Assembly (NCBI RefSeq): GCF_006345805.1
Contig: NC_043001.1
Span: 5,332,001 to 5,396,000, forward strand
Direction: 5' to 3'
Origin: Octopus sinensis
Lineage: Eukaryota
Length of the DNA stretch: 64,000 nucleotides
In this document: piece after piece, positions 38,424 to 52,219 of the stretch
Numbering within the stretch: the stretch's first letter is position 1
Layout of the letters: the number at the start of each line of letters is the position of its first letter
The notes under the pieces: generated by a model
Told to the model about the DNA's origin: nothing
The model's database searches: none
Seen by the model: the letters and a program-made list of their open reading frames with translations, nothing else
Program-made: the position numbers and the translations under genes

Positions 38424-40717
38424 TTGTACCCCTTACATATAGCTGCATATAATATTAGTCGATAAAAAATTTGGCCGGTTCATTTCACCAGGTACGCTTT
38501 GCTGTGCAGGAAGAGAAGAGAGTGTAAAAGAGAACCTCGAAGAGTTAAGTTGAGTGTAAAATTCAATAGAACAACACCGAAATTGACAAGTAGTGGTAGG
38601 GGGAAGGTAAAGATAAGTGCTCCACAGTTGATACCTGCTAATTACATGACACAAGCTTACAACGCACTCTCACCTTGTCGCAAACGTCTGATCATGACAT
38701 GACACACGCATCCATACACACATACACACAAAGGTTATTTACTTTTGATGGTCAAAGTATATTTTCCTCATACTGTGGTTTACAATGAAGTTTTTATATA
38801 TTATGCAAAGGAATATATTTAGATAAAATACAATGTATTAATTAAATCAATGCAGTTTGTGTAATTTGTCAGTCGTATAATGTTAATTGCGAGTAATTTT
38901 CTGCACAACGTATATTGTTTACTTTTCAAGGAAACACTCCGAAAATATCAATGGTTGAGAACAGAGCCTCTCAGATGCTTCATATTTGTAATAATGTAGA
39001 AAAGACATTTAAATACGAACCAGTACTCAAACCACTTATTTCTTTTAACAAGTTCCTCTTATATTTTCCTGAAGCATTTCTTAAAAGCTGGATGATAGCT
39101 AAGAATTTCCTAGGAACGTTATTGCTCGTGCATTGGAAATAAGAGATTCATTTAAATTCAGAAAGTAAGCATGTGTATCATTGCGTAAATGTTATCAAAT
39201 CTATAATGTCACCGTGGCCTAATCTACATATAGAGAAGGAATCTTGGCTATTCAAACTCCATATTTATACCAATGCTGAAAGATTTGCCAAAATTGCATT
39301 TTAATCTGTGGTCACAACTATAAATACACATCCTCATAATTATATGTCATCTTTGTTATAACATGCAAGTAACTCATAATATATTAACCATACAGTTCAA
39401 TACTTAAGAAATAAGGAATTATGTACATTATTTACATTATTTACATTTCAAGGATATTTGCCCCCATCTTGTTTTTTGTAAAAAAAATAAATTTCGGCTT
39501 ATATACCTCCCAACCTTCCTGAGGTATCTTGGCCAAATTTCTAAATCTAAACCAGTTCTTAATTAGAATTGTAAAAATGTCTAATATTTAAACCAGTTCT
39601 TACTTAAAATTGTTTTGTGTAAGTAGCGACATGTAAAGTCGTTGCTACATCAGAACACATTAGATTAGTGGAACCAGTGCATGACATAATTGACTTTATG
39701 TTACACGGAAATATTACGAACAGATGAAAATAATGCAAATTACCAACTGAAAGAGAAATCCTGGTGTTATTGCCATGCTTGCCTTCCATACTACTTGGGA
39801 TTTTAGTGTTACTCACTCAGTTGGTGGTCCTTTGAACTTACCATACATTGTTGCACCCATACCTGTTGTTATGTATGTCTATCATTTAGATTTTATCTTT
39901 ATCATTTAGTTGTTTAAGTCATTTGACTGCGGATATGCTGGGGCACCGTCTTCAATAATTTTGCTTCCTGATCGAGACTAGTAATTATTTTATAAAGCCT
40001 AATACATACTTTATCGGTACCAGGTTTTTGGAGAATACCAAATACTACAGAAGAATTCCATGGAATTGAAATTGGTTCTACGTAGTTTTAAAGCATACTT
40101 CTTACCACGCACCCGAGGGTGAAACTATGTTCGGTATCTTTGTTGACAATTCTGTTAGAGTCAAATGTAAAATCGATTCCTTAACAGAGAAGAGTTTCGA
40201 TAAACAGACCTCTGGGTTATGGACCGAAACGTTTCTATTATACAGGAACCCTGGGTTATGAACGCAAACGTTCCTTTTGCGCCACTCCGCTTATATATTA
40301 TTTCTTACATTTACCAGATCATCTGTCATATCTTGATTTGTTCGTATATATTGCACTGTTTAAAATGTAAGAAATATCATAACTACCCAATACATACTGC
40401 AGCACTGCAAGTCAAAAGTTCACTCTACGATATTCGAACAGTCATATTTCATAAATCACCTTCATACTTTCCTGCATTGCATATTGTTAGCGTGCTTCTT
40501 CCTTTACTATATCTGCGGGATTTAAATCAATCCCAAGCTAATAACTGTATTAAGGAAGAATTTCAAATGTTTGAAGGTTTTCATTAATATTACCTACAAC
40601 AGCAGAACAACAGATGTGAAAAAAACAAAATCTAAGATTTGCTTCGTTTTAGTTAAAATCCACCCAATAACCATAGAAATCATAAGATAAAATAGAATCA
40701 ATGCATGTATATATATA

Positions 40718-40812
<95 letters not shown>

Positions 40813-40831
40813 TATATACTATATATATATA

Positions 40832-40863
<32 letters not shown>

Positions 40864-42249
40864 CAATGCGTTTAAGTATCATGTTGATAATATTACTTCT
40901 TGTCGTTTCGTATGCACATTAGCATTTGCGTTATGCTGTTTCTGCTACGCATTGCTCTTGCTTGGAACGAACTACTTCATTAATTAGTGATGAATACCTA
41001 TCAATACAGCAGGACATATAAACAGAGCATCTTAATGAGCATTAAATGAATTCCAAGGAGTATTCTATTTTAAAAATTACTGAATTAGTGAACGTCATAC
41101 TTTTTCAATGGTTTGCTTAGCATCTTTTACATGAGTAACACTTTTTTGGATAAATATAATCCGTTATTGTGATAACACACTTTCTTATGGTAGTGTATTT
41201 ATTCCACTTATTCACATTTACATTACAGCTATGTACATATATATATGTTTCTGTATGAAAATTATATATATTTCTATACATACACATATACATAAGGTGT
41301 GTATTTGTGTGTTTCAATACACATACACATATGTGTGTGTGTTTGTGCGTGTGTGTGAGCGTGTGTGGGCGTGTGTATGGTATAGGGGTAATATATACGA
41401 AAGGATCGGTTATTTAATAGGATCCCTGATGTCAATTGCGAGGCACTGAATTCTAGATTAAACATGTGACTGTGAACAATCGAAACGGCCGTAAGTCGAT
41501 GATTTCCATGGTGTTTAAGAAACTGAGATCACAATATATTCCTTTTACAATAAGTCAGTCTATCATAAGTTTACGTATATACTGCTGAGTTTAAAGGAAC
41601 AAAGTTACAGAAAGTGGTTTGCGGAAGAATACAACACACCACTTGTCACTGGGATCGAGACAGTAATCTTGTGATCGTGATTATAACACATCAAAACGTT
41701 AAGCGGTTAATTAGATGCGGGGATGACTTTATGGCCTATTTCATTGCATTATACCGTCGATCTATCTGCTCTCTAAACTCTTAATCTCGCAGATGCTAAT
41801 AAAAATACAAGAAACAAAACGTGATAATTGAAGCTTATTTGCAGCGGAAAATACGAAAAAAAAAAATCCCCAACTCTAAACAAAACACAAACGTAAATAT
41901 AAACTACTGAGATAACAGCAAAAGGCAGAATAACATCGTTGCCCGGAAGGAAATATACATGTCGATACAAAGTTCATATTACCTTAAAATAGGTCGGAGC
42001 CGATTTGTGAATCAAAGAATAGTGTTCGAGCGTCAGTTGATTTGCTCCAGGCAAGTGATCATTGATATGTGTAATAAAGAAGCAGACTATATCGAAGAAA
42101 GATATAAAACTGCTATAAAATTATATATAAGACTTTTGCTTCATACTATAATCAAATGACTCGGATAGATTTTGCTCACACAAACACGTGAAATATAAAA
42201 CATATGCAAATGCTACGCCAAACATATTCGCACACATGCACACAAACTC

Positions 42250-42480
42250 GCATACATGCGTATGCACACATGCGTATGCACACATGCGTATGCACATATG
42301 CGTATGTACACATGTGTATGCACACATGCGTATGCACACATGCGTATGCACATATGCGTATGTACACATGTGTATGCACACATGCGTATGTACACATGCG
42401 TATGTACACATGTGTATGTACACATGTGTATGCACACATGCGTATGCACACATGCGTATGTACACATGTGTACGTATGTA
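42250..42480. repeat. 14-bp minisatellite (CACATGCGTATGCA)n
   Basis: About 16 variant units; strictly alternating pyrimidine-purine sequence. Confidence 0.92.
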
Positions 42481-42594
42481 TTTTCGGTCAGCAATTTTCC
42501 GCTAATCTGATTGGTTACTCTATACTTTTCTACTATCCAAATGTATTATTCTTATACAAGAATACTGTGTGGATGTAATATGCATATACATATA

Positions 42595-43001
42595 GGCGCA
42601 GGAGTGGCTGTGTGGTAAGTAGCTTGTTTGCCAACCACATGGTTCTGGCTTCAATCCCACTGCGTGGCACCTTGGGCAAGTGTCTTCTACTATAGCCTCG
42701 GGCCGACCAAAGCCTTCTGAGTGGATTTGGTAGACGGAAACTGAAAGAAGCCTGTCGTATATATGTATATATATGTATGTGCGTGTATGTTTGTGTGTCT
42801 GTGTTTGTCCCCCTAGCATTGCTTGACAACCGATGCTGGTGTGTTTACGTCGCCGTCACTTAGCGGTTCGGCAAAAGAAACCGATAGAATAAGTACTGGG
42901 CTTACAAAGAATAAGTCCTGGGATCGATTTGCTCGACTAAAGGCGGTGCTCCAGCATGGCCGCAGTCAAATGACTGAAACAAGTAAAAAAGTAAAAGAGT
43001 A
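42595..43001 (+). mobile_element. SINE family B, full length
   Basis: tRNA-like head, central TA/TG microsatellite, 3' half ending in GACTGAAACAAGTAAAA..GTAAAAGAG. Confidence 0.92.
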
Positions 43002-43047
43002 AGATTATACATAGCTCCCCTCCAAAATTAACATAGGTACACAACGA

Positions 43048-43124
<77 letters not shown>

Positions 43125-43125
<1 letters not shown>

Positions 43126-43490
43126 TTACATATGGGACAGGTACGCAGTGATATATTTGCGGAAGTTACTAGAATCTACTGGTGGGGGATGCGGCCAAAC
43201 TCTGGAATTGAAAGTTATACTAGAACTCAAAATGGACGTTGCTGCAATGTTCCAAATGCCCCAGCTGTCTCACCTAGGGCGAGCAGCATGTGCTGCAATA
43301 CCTTGGGATTGAAGGGCCCGCAGGTATTTTAATCCTGGGAGTAGATGTTTTCAAGAAAGAAATTGACCACCTACTATCCCGGATATCAGGTGAACCAATA
43401 TCAAGCCAGGTAAGTCAAAAGAGGGCAGTGGTATCGAACTCCCACCTTCGCCCGAAGCCAAACCCATATAATTGGCCAATTAAAAGGTGA
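43125..43490 (+). mobile_element. Degraded CR1-like LINE 3' fragment
   Basis: Peptides LGLKGPQVFN and VDVFKKEIDHLLSRISGEP resemble CR1 C-terminal GP.LFN.LP and FK..LD..L..IPDEP. Confidence 0.6.
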
Positions 43491-43531
43491 TTTCAATGGT
43501 GGTGCCCCAGCATGGCCGCAGCCTCATAGCT

Positions 43532-43583
<52 letters not shown>

Positions 43584-44870
43584 GGTGAGAGAGAAAGAGA
43601 AAAGAGATACAAGGCAGACAGACAGAGAAATACAAGTATAGTAATATGTTGATGATAAACTTGCCTATCCCAACAGGTGGACAATTTTAAAATCCAATTG
43701 AATGAATTCATATCTTTCATGTTAGAGATATTCTGGCAAATATTTTGATCTAGAACCGTGTTATAAAACCAACATTTCACTATTTGTTGAAAAGGAAATC
43801 TATTAAAACTCACAAACATATTGACCGATTGGTTACTGTTGATTTTGTTGTTGATTTCGGTAGTTGTTTGGCGGTGCTAGGGGTGTACAAGTGATGGTGG
43901 TGCTGGTGGTGGTGGTGGTTGTGGTCGTGGTAGCTGTGTTGTCTCTATTTGTTGTTTTTCACAAGGAAAATATTTTCTACAATATCATTTCTGCGTCCTT
44001 ATCAAATAGAATATATTTTAAAATAATATATGAATGCCACTTATGAACTTTTGGGAAAAGGTGGAAAAAGTTAGGACTCTACTTCTCTGAAGGATGGCGG
44101 GAAAGATATATAGTGATAAGCCTCTGGAATATCCTGGAATTAATTATATTAAACGTTGGCATCGAAAGTTACACGACTAGCAGAAGTGCATAGTGCCAAA
44201 GACTCAAGAATTTCCATGAGGATACAGGACGAAATACTAAAACAGTTTTGGTTTCAAGAGCCGCAGCTCTTTAGTTTCTTCCTGAAAAGCCTGAGGAATA
44301 CGCATGGCGTGTATATAGTGCCTTGCAAAGAAATCTGATTCTCCAGTCAATAGTTCCACATAAGCCTACCTCGCGGCAGGAAAAGTAGATGAGGTCAGCA
44401 ACATCAAACTTCTTCATTTACCAAATATTAATCTTCAGTAGAGGCACCAACTAGTGTAATCGCAGATTAGATAATGGTGGTGTCCCACGGTGGCCTAAAT
44501 GCTCGAAATGCAACTCGCAAAAGACGAAGTGCGAGTGGCACGTGAATTATGTTAAATGTCTATAGAAAACCTTAGCTCTGACAAAATAACAAAATATTGG
44601 TTTTGTATATTTCTATGCTTTGTTTCATTCCTTTGATGCCATCGAAAGATCATACACATATATGTGCAGTAGAATAAACAGTGAGTATGTATGATGCATA
44701 CATGGAAATCAATTTGTGACGAAATTCTAAATCATTAAATATTTATTGAAATTTGTTTTCCAAAGTGAAACCCGTCTAGTGCTGTATACCATATCTGTGT
44801 TAGATGTACAAATAACTTTTTTTATATATTCAATAAAAGATATATATATATATATGTATATATACATATG

Positions 44871-44961
<91 letters not shown>

Positions 44962-45178
44962 GCTTTCTTTCCTCCTTTTACATGACACAAAATGACAGAC
45001 CAGAAAGAAATTCCAAATGAAAAAATTAAAAGAAGAGACATTTCTCTGTCTGCTAAATTCTTAATTACTTTTTGGGGAGGCTAAATTGATAATGTTAATT
45101 GAAAACAAACATTTGCTTCGTCTGCGCTTATAATCTTATTTTAAAAATATATATATATGTATGTGTGTATGTATGTAT

Positions 45179-45224
<46 letters not shown>

Positions 45225-45608
45225 CGTGCATTATTTCTAGTATTGTAGTTTGGTAGCACTGATATGAATGACTCTCCACTGTAGAAAACCAATATTCATG
45301 GTTACACATTTGATATTCTTTTATATATATTAGCATTTGGTTCATTACAAACAGACACGTGAACCAGTTATCATGCTTCTTCGACGTGAAAATTTACATC
45401 TGTAAATGCAAAAACAGAATAGATAAAATGAAGAACAAGAAGAACTAACAGCAATTTGTGAATACTGATGTATATTTAACTGTAGCTATATATTCAAACA
45501 GGGTACATTCCACTATCAGATAATTCCATCTAATTTTTAAACCACATCAGCAATTATTATGGAACGATGCAGGTCCGTTACATTGGCCATAATATCTTAC
45601 TGCTACAA

Positions 45609-46005
45609 GGCGGCGAGCTGGCAGAAACGTTAACACGCAAGGCGAAATGCTTAGCAGTATTTCGCATGCCGTTACGTTCTGAGTTCAAATTCCGCCGAGG
45701 TCGACTTTGCCTTTCATCCTTTCGAGATCGATTAAATAAGTACCAGTTACGCACTGAGGTTGATGTAATCGAATTAATCCGTTTGTCTGTCCTTGTTTAT
45801 CCCCTCTGTGTTTAGCCCCTTGGGTAGTAAAGAAATAGGTATTTCGTCTACCGCTACGTTCTGAGTTCAAACTGCGCCGAGGTCGGCTTTGCCTTTCATC
45901 CTTTCAGGCTCGATAGATTAACTACCAGTTGCGTTCTAGGGTCGATCTAACGACTGGCCCCCACCCCGAATATTTCGGTCTTTGTGCCTAGAGTGGGAAA
46001 GAATA
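45609..46005 (+). mobile_element. SINE family A, dimeric, second monomer with an alternative tail
   Basis: GGCGGCGAGCTGGCAG head; junction GGGTAGTAAAGAAATAG|GTATTTCGTC at 45822-45849. Confidence 0.9.
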
Positions 46006-46539
46006 TCTCACTGCTACTTATTTCATGGAACCCATGCATGAAAAGCAGTGTTCGACATCGGTGCCACTGGAATTCAGAACCAAAATCTGGGTGGAATGCC
46101 GCGAAGCATTTTGTCCAACGCGCTCAAGATTCTGCTAGCTCACCGCTGGCTGTGTAGACTGGTCTTACGTAAAATGATGTGTGTTACTCAAGGGCCCAAC
46201 GCACGCCTGAAATTGAACTCAGGACCTGAAGATCGTGAGCAGACTATCTTAAACTGCTAAATCATGTGCCTTCACATGCATGAATTATATCACTATATTC
46301 TATGATAGATGCCGAACAAAATATTTTATTTACTGGTTAAGCATCCTGCGATCAAAATCTCTGCGACAACGTATAATGTGCGTAACATCATTTCGTCCGC
46401 TCATTTGAGTTCTGATTTCAAATGCTATTCAGGCAACTTTACCTTTCGTTCCTTGGGAGCCAAATAATATAAATTGTCTATCAAGTGCATGTGTCGAGGT
46501 TATTCCTGTTCTCAACCCTGAAAATTGTTGATCTCGTAA

Positions 46540-46923
46540 CCTGCACCGGACCTGTATGGATGGAAGCACTCCGTCTGTTACGACGACGAGGGTTCCGGTT
46601 GATCCGATCAACGGAACAGCCTGCTCGTGAAATTAACGTGTAAGCGGCTGAGCATTCCACAGACACGTTTACCCTTAACGTAGTTCTCGGGCATATTCAG
46701 CGTGACACAGAGAGTGACAAGGCCGGCCCTTTGAAATACAGGTACAACAGAAACAGGAAGTTGTGGTGAAATAGTACAGCAGGGATCACCACCATCCCCT
46801 GCCGGAGCATCATGGAGCTTTAGGTGTTTTCGCTCAATAAACACTCACAACACCCGGTCTGGGAATCGAAACCGCGATCCTACGACCGCGAGTCCGCTGC
46901 CCTAACCACTGGGCCATTGCGCC
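46540..46923 (-). mobile_element. tRNA-derived SINE, family C
   Basis: Head GCGCAATGGCCCAGTGGTTAGGGCAGCGGACTCGCGG...GTTTCGATTCCC with A and B boxes; long conserved-looking 3' body. Confidence 0.9.
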
Positions 46924-47684
46924 TCCACACCGGACCTGTATAACGTTCAGATGCATTGTAGTAATCTCAGTCACTTGTACTTCATTAAAACGGTTAACCA
47001 GTCTCATGAGCTGTGAGTTTCAATAGAATGAACAGATGAACAGATACAACAACAAAGATAGCTCTAAGCCATATCACGTCTAAATGCACATCTTTGGTTT
47101 GGTAATAGACTAAGCCTAATTGTATCGGGATTTCGTTTGCTTCTGAAAGAGTGAAAAATATATATGACGACAAATTGTACGTTTTAAACTGTTATTTCAA
47201 ACGGGATATGCCACCCTAGAACACAGAATGCAAAAAGAAGTTGACATGTGGATGTCGACATATTGGAATCGAACAATTCTGTAAATGCAAGGTAAACCAG
47301 CATTGGGACGTTTCTTTGGATTCTGGTAAACATTGAGTTTCCTTTCAATATCTTTGAACTACGATGGAGGAAATTGTATATTTCAGGACGTTTTATTTAC
47401 ACGGGTTTTGAGAGGAAGGGCAGTATAATATATGGGTATACAATATTCTCATTGATAATAACACGTTCACAAGTTATATGAATATTATATTTCCGATTTC
47501 GATCGTTATACTTTTAGGTTTCATCATTCTATCTATGAAACTGTAGATATATATATATATGTATACCTATATACAGGACGCACCTTCACATACACATACT
47601 TACACACATAGACATATCGAAATTTATATATCCATTTCAGCGTATATTGGAATATGTACACAAACACATACACACACGTCAGCC

Positions 47685-48070
47685 TTGTGCTGAGAAACGA
47701 GCTTCCCAACAACAAGATTCCGGATTGATTCCCACTGTGTTACACATTCAACAGGTCTATTGCTACCATAGAATCAGAGCGACAAAAGCCTTGTAAATAA
47801 ATTTGGCCGAGGGAAAATCAAAGATACTCTTATATGTGTCTTATATGTGCGACTGGGTTTGTGTCTGTTTGTTCCCCACCAGCTCTGGCAAACGGCTTTG
47901 GTGTGTTTACGTCCCCGTAATTTCGTAGTCTATCAAAAGTGACCAACAGAATATGTACGAGGTTTCAAGTAGAAATTGGAACTAGAACGCATTCTTTTGG
48001 CGTAAAATCATCTTCAATGCGGTATCCCCGCAGAATAACGACTGAATAAGTGAAAAATAAGAAAAACTGA
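47685..48070 (+). mobile_element. Old diverged SINE family B-like copy
   Basis: Recognisable GGTGTGTTTACGTCCCCGTAA and GACTGAATAAGTGAAAAATAAG segments. Confidence 0.6.
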
Positions 48071-48081
48071 CAAGTATATAT

Positions 48082-48147
<66 letters not shown>

Positions 48148-49431
48148 ATCCTATTTATGAAAGTGTAGATGTATACCTGCATGTCTATGCACAAAGCGAC
48201 ACATGCATATACACATACTCGCACAATTGTATTGGATGTATCCCTTCGAAAATACCCCATGCATTAAAGAAAACTATGCAACATGTAATATTAACACGGT
48301 ATTGTCCTTATTAATAGAAACGTATTTGACGGTATAAGGTACATAGAAGGTGTCTGTAAGAACACACACACGATAAACTTTGGGGACACTTGCAGGGGTA
48401 TAGCGGAGAAGCTAAACGCGCAATGGTGGGAGAAACAGTCCTCCTTTATTCTATCAATATGCAAAAGACGAACATGGAGAAGCACCAGACAAGCAATCAC
48501 GTTCTCATAAATGAAACGTTACCAGCACTAAATAGGAAATACACGTTGAAGGTAGAGATACCCCAATACTATACATCCCACCCGCAGATTAGAGATACTT
48601 GTGCACATTCGTAAGTAAGCAGTCAAGTAGGGAAATAGGTAGATTGGTAGATAGGTATGGAGATAGGTTTTAGGTGGTTAGGTCAATTATATATGTTCTT
48701 AGTAACTTAATTATGACGGTAGTAAACAGGTGGGAAGATAAGCAAGCTAACATGTAGATAAATAGGCAACTAGGTAGAGAAGGAAGTAACTAGGTGGATT
48801 AATGGGTGAGTAGTTAGTTCGGTGGATAGATAGATTAATAGGTACTTAGGTAGGACAGACAGACAAGCACGTACACCTGACATTATATACACACACACAC
48901 CACACACACGTGTACACATACACACACATATAGGCAGGCAGGCATGCATACATAACATGCGCACGTGAATATTTGCATAGTCTCACGCGTAGACGAACGC
49001 TAACAAGTACGCAATGAAGTAGATGTACATGCAGATACACACATGCATATACATATATACACAAACACACATATACACACACGCACAAAAACACATGAAT
49101 ATGCAGAATACATAGACAGATAGGTAAACACTCGCCGTGATATGCGATCTCGGATTGTATAAAGGACAAAGTCAATAGTCATTGAAAAACTTGTGAGTGA
49201 CAAGGAAAGAGCTTTGACAAACAAGAAGAAACACGATTCAAAATCGATTAGATATTTGGATATTTGACGAATTGTCTAATAATAAACGAGTGTAATTGAA
49301 CCAGTGATTGTGTTAATGATATTGGCATAATGGCTCTCACTGGACAAATTTTCTCTAACGCACAAATTCACATGAAGTATCTTTCAAACTAGATACAAAA
49401 ACGAAGTATCTATATGTTAATATATATATAT

Positions 49432-49467
<36 letters not shown>

Positions 49468-49468
<1 letters not shown>

Positions 49469-49776
49469 CACCATGATCACCGTGACCGACCAGGCCATGA
49501 GATGTTGCAACATATCGCTGATCACAATGGGCTTCGCATTGTTTTAGCCTTCAAATGACGCCACCTCGCTGGCTAAGCGAGCAGGCAGGCCAACAGAAGA
49601 AAGACTGAGAGAAATTTGTGGAGAAAGAGTAAAACAGGGATCGCCAACATCCCTGGCGGTGACTCATGGAACTTTAGGTGTTTTCGCTCAATAAACAGAA
49701 ACAACGCCCGGTCTGGGAATCGAAACCGCGATCCTACAACCGCGAGACCGCTGCCCTAACCACTGGGCCAATGCGC
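49468..49776 (-). mobile_element. SINE with family C head and a different 3' tail
   Basis: About 165 nt shared with 46750-46923, then an unrelated tail ending GGTCGGTCACGGTGATCATGGTGA. Confidence 0.85.
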
Positions 49777-49779
49777 TTC

Positions 49780-49819
<40 letters not shown>

Positions 49820-50700
49820 GTGACCATCGGCCATCCTTCCTCTCCTTACTTGTGAGTCTTTCTTTCTGATGTGACTGGAACAAGAAAGACGTGTCATTGT
49901 CAGTCTCCTGTCCAAGTTTGCTTTACTAGTTCGCCACCACAACCTCATTTAGACGTAACAGCTCTTCCTGTTTGTTTCCACTGTCCTGTTTGTGTTACGA
50001 AGTTTGACCCTCCACGATATCCAAAATTTTATTTAATTTGCTTTGCGGAAGTAACTGTTTTATCGAAAGTGCATATTCTTGTTAAACGCTCGGAATACGA
50101 GAGCAGAAAAACAGCCAACAACTGAAGAAGGGTCGTTCTTTGGGTTGTTTGTTTTGTTTTCCATTTGTGTCTTACGTTGTTCGAAAAATAATTCATATTA
50201 CTTGTACTTGTACTTCATATCTTTTTGTTGTACACGTTTCATGATATCCTGTGACCACATGCATATAAATATACGTATAGATGTATGTACATATACGTAT
50301 GCATACATACATATATATATATTATTTATATTATTATATGATTCAAAGCCACGTATCCTCTTGCAAGTAAGTTAAATATATATATATATATATATATTAT
50401 ATGTATGTATAAAACGAATTCACATCCCTGTGATTACGCGTCAGGTTTTTTAGCATTAAGCTAAACTGCCTAGCGACAAATTATTTTTCTGTTTTAGGAT
50501 GTGTAAATCGAGCTTTATAAGTCGGCGACACATTTTTCTGAAAAATATGAATAATTTATCTTCTTCATGCTATAATATTAGCCTTTCAGAATAAAATTAT
50601 TTCCTTAGCTGTATCATTCAAAACATATCAACGATTCTATATCAGTCTTTGTTTATTGAGTTTCAACGCAGGTTGAATTTGATATATGCATGTGTATGTT

Positions 50701-50740
<40 letters not shown>

Positions 50741-50907
50741 ATATATATATATACTATATATATATATATATAAACTAGTAAAAAACACCTTTTATCACTT
50801 CAATAATGAAAACTTAAATTACAGCATCTAGAAAATTACTAATTATTTAAAGATTAAATATAAGATAATTGAATTTTTCCCAGTAAGTTTGGAATTAGAT
50901 TCCCTCA

Positions 50908-50938
50908 TATTATTATTATATTATTATTATTATTATTA

Positions 50939-51035
<97 letters not shown>
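50908..51035. repeat. Compound (TTA)n(TAG)n microsatellite
   Basis: Read directly from the sequence. Confidence 0.95.
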
Positions 51036-51037
<2 letters not shown>

Positions 51038-51299
51038 TATATATATGAGTGTGTGTGTGTAGAGTGAGAGATACATATATGAGAGACAGAGAAAGTGAGC
51101 GGGAGTTATGAGTGTCGAATGAGAACAGCATCTACCTTCCATTCGCCACCCTATTTCTATCATATACTCTCTGGAAGCGAGATAACCCTTAGAAGGAACA
51201 CCCATTGATCTGAATTCCTTTCCAGGTGCCTATATATATGTTTTGAAGTTGAAAGAGAGATTTGACATTTCTCAGCAAAGTGTTACCATTATCACGGGG

Positions 51300-51686
51300 A
51301 AAAATATTCTTTTCTTCTCAAGGCCCAAGGCCCTAATTCTTTTTGGCAAGGTCCCAGTTGATTAGATCTATCCTTGTGCGCAACTAGTACTTAATTTATC
51401 GACCTCGAAAGGACCAAAGGGAAGGTCGGCCTCGGCAGAATTGGAACTCTGACGAAATACCTATTTCTTTATTACCCACAAGGGGCTAAAAACAGAGGGG
51501 AAAAACAAGGACAGACATAGGTATTAAGTCGATTACATCGATACCAGTGCTTAACTGGTGCTTAATTTATCGACCCCGAAAGGATGAAAATCAAAATCGA
51601 CCTCGATGGAATTTGAATTCACAACGTAACGACAGACAAAGTACTGCTAAGCATTACGCCCAGCGCGCTAACGTATCTGCCAGCTC
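51300..51686 (-). mobile_element. SINE family A, dimeric
   Basis: Same junction at 51451-51477 (reverse complement); 3' monomer has the alternative tail seen at 45.9 kb. Confidence 0.85.
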
Positions 51687-51929
51687 TCATCCTCTACAGG
51701 GAAAATATTTTGGACTCAAATTTTGACACAAGACTAGAATATTTTGTTTTGACGAGCGCGGGGTGCCTGAATTGATTACATCTAGTGAAGTGATAAACTG
51801 ATACTTATTTTTGGACTCGGAGAAGCTAAAATTCAACGTCGGCCTGAATGGAATTTGGACTAAGAATGTTAAACAAAAAAAACTCTCAACATTTTTGAAT
51901 AGGTAAGAATGAATTATTGTTGATGAATG

Positions 51930-52219
51930 CTGGAGCACCGCATTCTATCGGTCTCTTTTGCCGAACCGCTAAGTGACGGGGACGTAAACACACCAGCATC
52001 GGTTATCAAGCAATGCTAGGGACAAACACAGACAAACAAACATATACACTCACACTTATATATATATAGATATATACGACAGGCTTCTTTCAGTTTCCGT
52101 CTACCAAATCCACTCACAAGGCATTGGTCGGCCCGGGGCTATAGCAGAAGACACTTGCCCAAGATGCCACGCAGTGGGACTGAACCCGGAACCATGTGGT
52201 TGGTTAGCAAGCTACTTAC
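51930..52219 (-). mobile_element. SINE family B, clipped at both ends
   Basis: High identity to the copies at 42595 and 59502. Confidence 0.9.

Noticed and set aside
40205-40275. Two degenerate GGTTATGGACC-GAAACGTT motifs
   Set aside because: The CUGANGA box is missing and stem I is unsupported; at most a decayed PLE end.
46850-46923. tRNA-like sequence with A and B boxes
   Set aside because: The acceptor stem is incomplete, and it is the head of a repeated SINE (second copy at 49.7 kb), not a tRNA gene.
47200-47345. Good minus-strand acceptor followed by two open frames
   Set aside because: No recognisable protein and no strong donor site; cannot be supported without RNA data.
49860-50200. 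CTGATG and CTGAAGA motifs with downstream GAAA
   Set aside because: Helices do not pair convincingly; too degenerate to call a ribozyme.
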